Shown: positions 59,894-64,000 of the stretch, one piece after another
Layout of the letters: each line of letters opens with the position of its first letter
How positions within the stretch are numbered: the first letter of the stretch is position 1
NCBI RefSeq assembly: GCF_009834535.1
Contig: NC_045698.1
Coordinates: 10,046,001 to 10,110,000, forward strand
Length of the DNA stretch: 64,000 bases
Source of the DNA: Camelus ferus
Lineage: Eukaryota
Reading direction: 5' to 3'
The notes under the pieces: model-generated
Databases searched by the model: none
What the model was told of the DNA's origin: nothing
What the model saw: the letters and a program-made list of their open reading frames with translations, nothing else
Made by a program: the position numbers and the translations under genes

Positions 59894-60699
59894 CACCCCC
59901 CGCTCAGCTGGGAGGAACATACATGTGCACAGGAAATTATAATACCGTGATGGCAATAGGATAGCATTCAAGCTGGGACTCCATTCAGACAGCTGAGAAA
60001 TTTATTGTACGTGCTTTGGGGGCTGAGGGAAGCTTCTCTGGGGGATGTCTCATGTGACTGGGGGAGAAATGCACTTGCAAAGGACAAGTAGCTCAGTAAC
60101 GTGGAGACAGTAAAGATGAGGCTGCTGGGAAACGTGGGCCAGATCTCATCTGCCACGTTGACGATTAAGACGAGCAGTAGGAAGCCATGGAGTGCTGCAG
60201 AGGGAGGCCACCCTGCATCAGACTAGGGGGAGAACAGGAGGTGAGGAAGTGGAGACGACAAGACTACACAACTCTCTTAAGGAGTTTTGTTACAATGAAC
60301 ACTCCAGGAGGGTAAGGCTAAATGTCCATAGGGTTTAATTTCATTTCATTAGCTCATTTTAGAATAAGCTAGGTTTTAGAAGCTGAAATAAGGTCTTGAT
60401 AAGCTTCCTAGGGGAAGATATGAGAAACAAAGCCATAAAAACATGCCTTGTGAGGTTTGGGGCCAGTAGACTAGCAAGGAATCGAGCTGGGGTCAGACCA
60501 CAGAAAGCCAATAAAAAGCTGGGCCAGAGCGTTGGTGTCTAGGGCATGTGTATTTCTTCTCAGGATGATTCGCTGAGCCAGATTCATGAATGAAGAAGAA
60601 GGACATGGTCCTTCAGAAAGAATTTAAACCAACCAACCCACCAACCAACTGAACAATTCTAAACTGAAGAAAAAATACACATTAGTCAAAAGGTTGTTA

Positions 60700-60835
60700 G
60701 GGGTGGGGAGGGTATCACTCAGTGGTAGAGCACATGCTTATGAGGTCCTGGGTTCAATCCCCAATACCTCCATAAATAAACAAACAAAAAAACAAACAAA
60801 TGTAATTACCTCCCCCCAATTTTTTTTAATAAAAA
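60700..60835 (+). mobile_element. tRNA-derived SINE (camelid vic-1-like), inserted in an old antisense MLT1 LTR (about 60680-61140)
   Basis: ggggagggtatcactcagtggtagagcacatgcttatgaggtcctgggttcaatccccaatacctcc...aataaa...taattacctccccc, with Pol III A and B boxes. Confidence 0.9.
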
Positions 60836-62969
60836 TTTGTGCTAACGAATAGACCCTTGAGTTTTGAGGGCTTAACAAAAGTAAAAGTGTATTTCACTAA
60901 CATCCTAGTCCATTTCCGATTGGGTAGCTCTGCTCCATCTTGTACCTTTACCATCTAGGACATGTTGCCACCAGGGCTGATGTGGATGGGGGATGGAGAT
61001 TAGAGGTCCACAAAGAGGAGTGTACATATCACATTGGACAGAATATGGTCACATGGCCCCATCTAACTGCAAGGAAGTCTGGGAATTGTAGTCTGTGGGC
61101 CTTTGAAGAAGAAAAAAATGGACCCTGGTAGGCTTTAACAGAATCCATCTCAGAATAAAATCTCACATGAGTTAGATGATTCCTCACTAGCCTTGAAGAA
61201 GTTTCTTCTCAATAGGCAGAAATGTTTTTAACAACATTGACATGAAAATGATTGTCTACAGCATAAAATCACTAGAGGCACAACATGTGTCACAGAATAG
61301 GGCTCAATAAATATCTATTGATCGACTTAGCTACCGCCTGATAAGTCTTGAGATTTAATAGAGAGAGAGAGAGAAGACACCACCAACAGCAAAAGCTTTT
61401 TTCCCCCAAAGACTGAAATTCCGGTTTTGTTCTTACTCAAGTTTTGCCACATCCTATATATTTGGCTGTTGGTTTGGAGGCCATAATCAGGGGCAAGGAA
61501 AAGAGAGGTGCTTAGAAAAGCAGCGTGGTTGGACTGGGTTTCAACTGGCCACTAAAAAGTCTTGGCTTGGTAGATTTTCCTTTGCTCTTTTCTTTCTTTT
61601 TCAAGGGGAACATTAGGAAAGGAATGTGGCTTGCAGAAAGGCAGGGCCACGCTGGCTCTGGGAAGGGCCTCCAAGTCTCCTACAAACTCCTCGGTGCCTG
61701 CTAATGTGGGAAACCTCTTTAGAACATTCAGTTGCATAATTGGAGAAAGGTTTAAACCGTCTTGTGGGAGGCAATAGCTTGACTAACATTCCTACTTAAA
61801 AATAAGTGCCGAAAATCAGATTCTGCAACTCATTATTTCAACAGGCATTTTTTTGAACACTTACTAAATCTGTGAAGCAGCATACCAGATACAGCGAAGG
61901 ATACAAAGAAAGCCTGGACTAGTCTCAGCTCTCAAGGAGCTAGTGGGAGAGACAGGCATTTAAACGTCTCATTGGATTATAAGGAGAAATGATTCTGAAC
62001 AGAGTGATGAGAAAGCGTAGAGTTGGTGAGGGGGATGCTCACCTCAGACCATCAAGAGCAAAGGTCCTGTGGTGAGCACAGTTTTGGCGGAAGACTGGGA
62101 GAGCGGATGCTCTCTGGCTGCACCCTGCCAGCCCTATTTGCATAAGTGGCTGAGGTCCTGGCCTGACTGGGTCCTGGCGTTCCAGGGGCCTTCCTGCCTG
62201 GATCCTACACAGGATGTGGATGGATATCAAGGCCTGGGAACTGTGGGGACACCCTCAGACATTCTGCTTAGAACAGGCTCCAAAATGTGGGTTTGCAATA
62301 AAGGCTCCAGGAGATCCTGAGGTTTGGGACACTGACAAGGTGGATCTCTAATGTCATGCAGTCTGAAGAGCATTCCAAAGGGCAGGGCGTGAGTCAAAGG
62401 TTTTCAAGGAGTGGCACAACCCTGCCTGTGCTCCCTGAAGATCCTGGGCTGTGGTCCAAGGAGCAATGACTGGGGCTTGCGGCGACGCTGAAGTGTGGAG
62501 AAGGTCTGGAACACAAGCCCTCCCCTGAGGCAGAGCTCCCCACCTCTTCTACTTCTTTGTGACTCTCCCCCAGATTTCCCTGCCTTCAGGTACCTGCAGA
62601 GACAAGTCATCATCCCAGCATCATGAATATGTAACTTTCACTGGCTTGTTAACAACTCACTAGGATCACACAAGGGCTCGAGGTCTTGCAAAGCAGCCCT
62701 CTGCCCCAAGGAGTTCCAAAGGCTCTCACAGGTGTGTGCCCCTCCCCCCCGTCAGGTTTAGGAGGCCCTGCCCGTGTCCAGCGCAACACCCCCCTGATGC
62801 CATGATCTTTCCTGGGGAAACAGAAGCCAGGCTGTGGGCTGCAGGAGAATGGGGAGAGAGGACCACATTCCCTGGGCATTAAGGGGTCTCATAGCTACAC
62901 ATTACTTGAATCCCAACATGTAACAGATTTGGTGGCCAGCTCCTTCAGTTTTCATATGGTTGTCACTCG

Positions 62970-63100
62970 TCTTGGGATCCAGACTTGCATCCAGGAGGCT
63001 GGACTAAAGCCCACTCTTTTTCAAATGTTCATTCTTGGGATCCAGACTTGCATCCAGGAGGCTGGACTGAAGCCCATTCTCTTTTCCAAATTTTCATTCT
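62970..63100. repeat. Tandem duplication, 63-bp period, two copies
   Basis: tcttgggatccagacttgcatccaggaggctggact (36 bp) is identical at 62970 and 63033, and the rest of each unit is similar. Confidence 0.9.
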
Positions 63101-63599
63101 CTGCCTACAGTTTTGCTCCTGGTCTGAGCCCCTCACACCTGGATCCTTCTCTCCAGTAGATGAGTCTTGACACCAGAGGTTCCTCAGATAGCCTGTACCA
63201 ACAGGCCACCCACCTGTATGTAGGAATACCCTTGAAGCGAGAACAGCTGAGTTCTCCTCCCAGGTGGTTCCTTAAAGATTTAAAGTGCCCTATGGTTGAC
63301 CAGTTATACCTAGACATTGCCAAGTGCCTCCATCTGCTGAAATCCATGTTGTGATTGTGTCGCATAGGCATGACACTTCTCGTGTCAAGGCTCCCTAGTT
63401 TATTTTGGTAAAACGGGGTGTTGAGTTAGGTCATCCTTTTCAGCTGTAAGATTCTTAATTCTAAGGCAAGTTAAAAGGCTACGGTAATTGTCCAAACATA
63501 TGATGATGAGTACATAGAGAGGAAAGGATCAAAGAAGATAAGAAGGAGGTCACATAATTGAGGAATTATAATAACCAATGTTATTCTTATAACCAAAGT

Positions 63600-63815
63600 T
63601 ATCTTATGTGGTATGTAGACCATATTCAGCAATTTACATGTATTATCTAATTGAAACCTCAAACAACTGTATGATACAGGAAATACTATTATACTCATTT
63701 TACAGATGAGGAAACCAAGGGTAAGTGTCTTGTATTTACACAGATACAGTAGCTACTTGGAGTTTGCATCTGATGCTGATTCCAGAACCATATTCTTCGC
63801 TACTGTGCTACATAG
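63600..63815 (-). mobile_element. MIR
   Basis: tactattatactcattttacagatgaggaaaccaagg core. Confidence 0.8.
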
Positions 63816-64000
63816 CCTATCAAGACAATTTTGATTAAAATAGAAAGCTTTGGATCTTTGAAAGAGAAGGTAGGTCCATGGCATAAAAAGCAAGATCCAG
63901 GAGAGGAACTGTGCTGGAGTCTGTCTTTCCCTTACTCACAATTCAGTCCAATTGGTTTGTCTGTCCATCCATCTATTTATCTATGTATCATCTGCCTGCC

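Noticed and set aside
60705..60772. tRNA gene
   Set aside because: This is the tRNA-like head of a SINE. The cloverleaf is incomplete, SINE body and tail follow, and two related copies occur in the window.
62970..63100. CRISPR-like repeat-spacer unit
   Set aside because: Only two copies, the supposed spacers are similar to each other, the context is mammalian, and there are no cas genes.
1..64000. ORF track entries as protein-coding genes
   Set aside because: All are short (at most about 204 aa), many use non-ATG starts, and none resembles a cellular protein I recognise. The recognisable ones are decayed L1 ORF1/ORF2 or L2 RT fragments.

Overview
This is repeat-rich mammalian genomic DNA, either intergenic or from a long intron. 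It is most likely from a camelid, inferred from three copies of a vic-1-like tRNA-derived SINE and several young artiodactyl-type L1 3' ends. I recognise no protein-coding gene, functional RNA gene or CRISPR array. The supplied ORFs are either chance ORFs or decayed L1/L2 coding fragments. Roughly half the window is transposon-derived: L1 of several ages, L2, MIR, MaLR/ERVL/ERV1 solo LTRs, and hAT and Tigger DNA transposons, often nested. I found no convincing new biological system. The most noteworthy signals are: (1) a well-formed 86-nt candidate exon at 52170-52255; (2) a short retroposed mRNA 3' end of unknown origin inside an L1; (3) a MER41-like LTR with apparent STAT (GAS) site turnover; (4) an anomalously identical tract shared by two ancient MLT1 LTRs 12.2 kb apart; (5) a tail-only retroposition with a perfect target-site duplication (TSD); (6) a dense CRE/E-box/XRE motif cluster. 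Repeat family names come from my recall of consensus sequences, not from a search. Boundaries of old elements are approximate.
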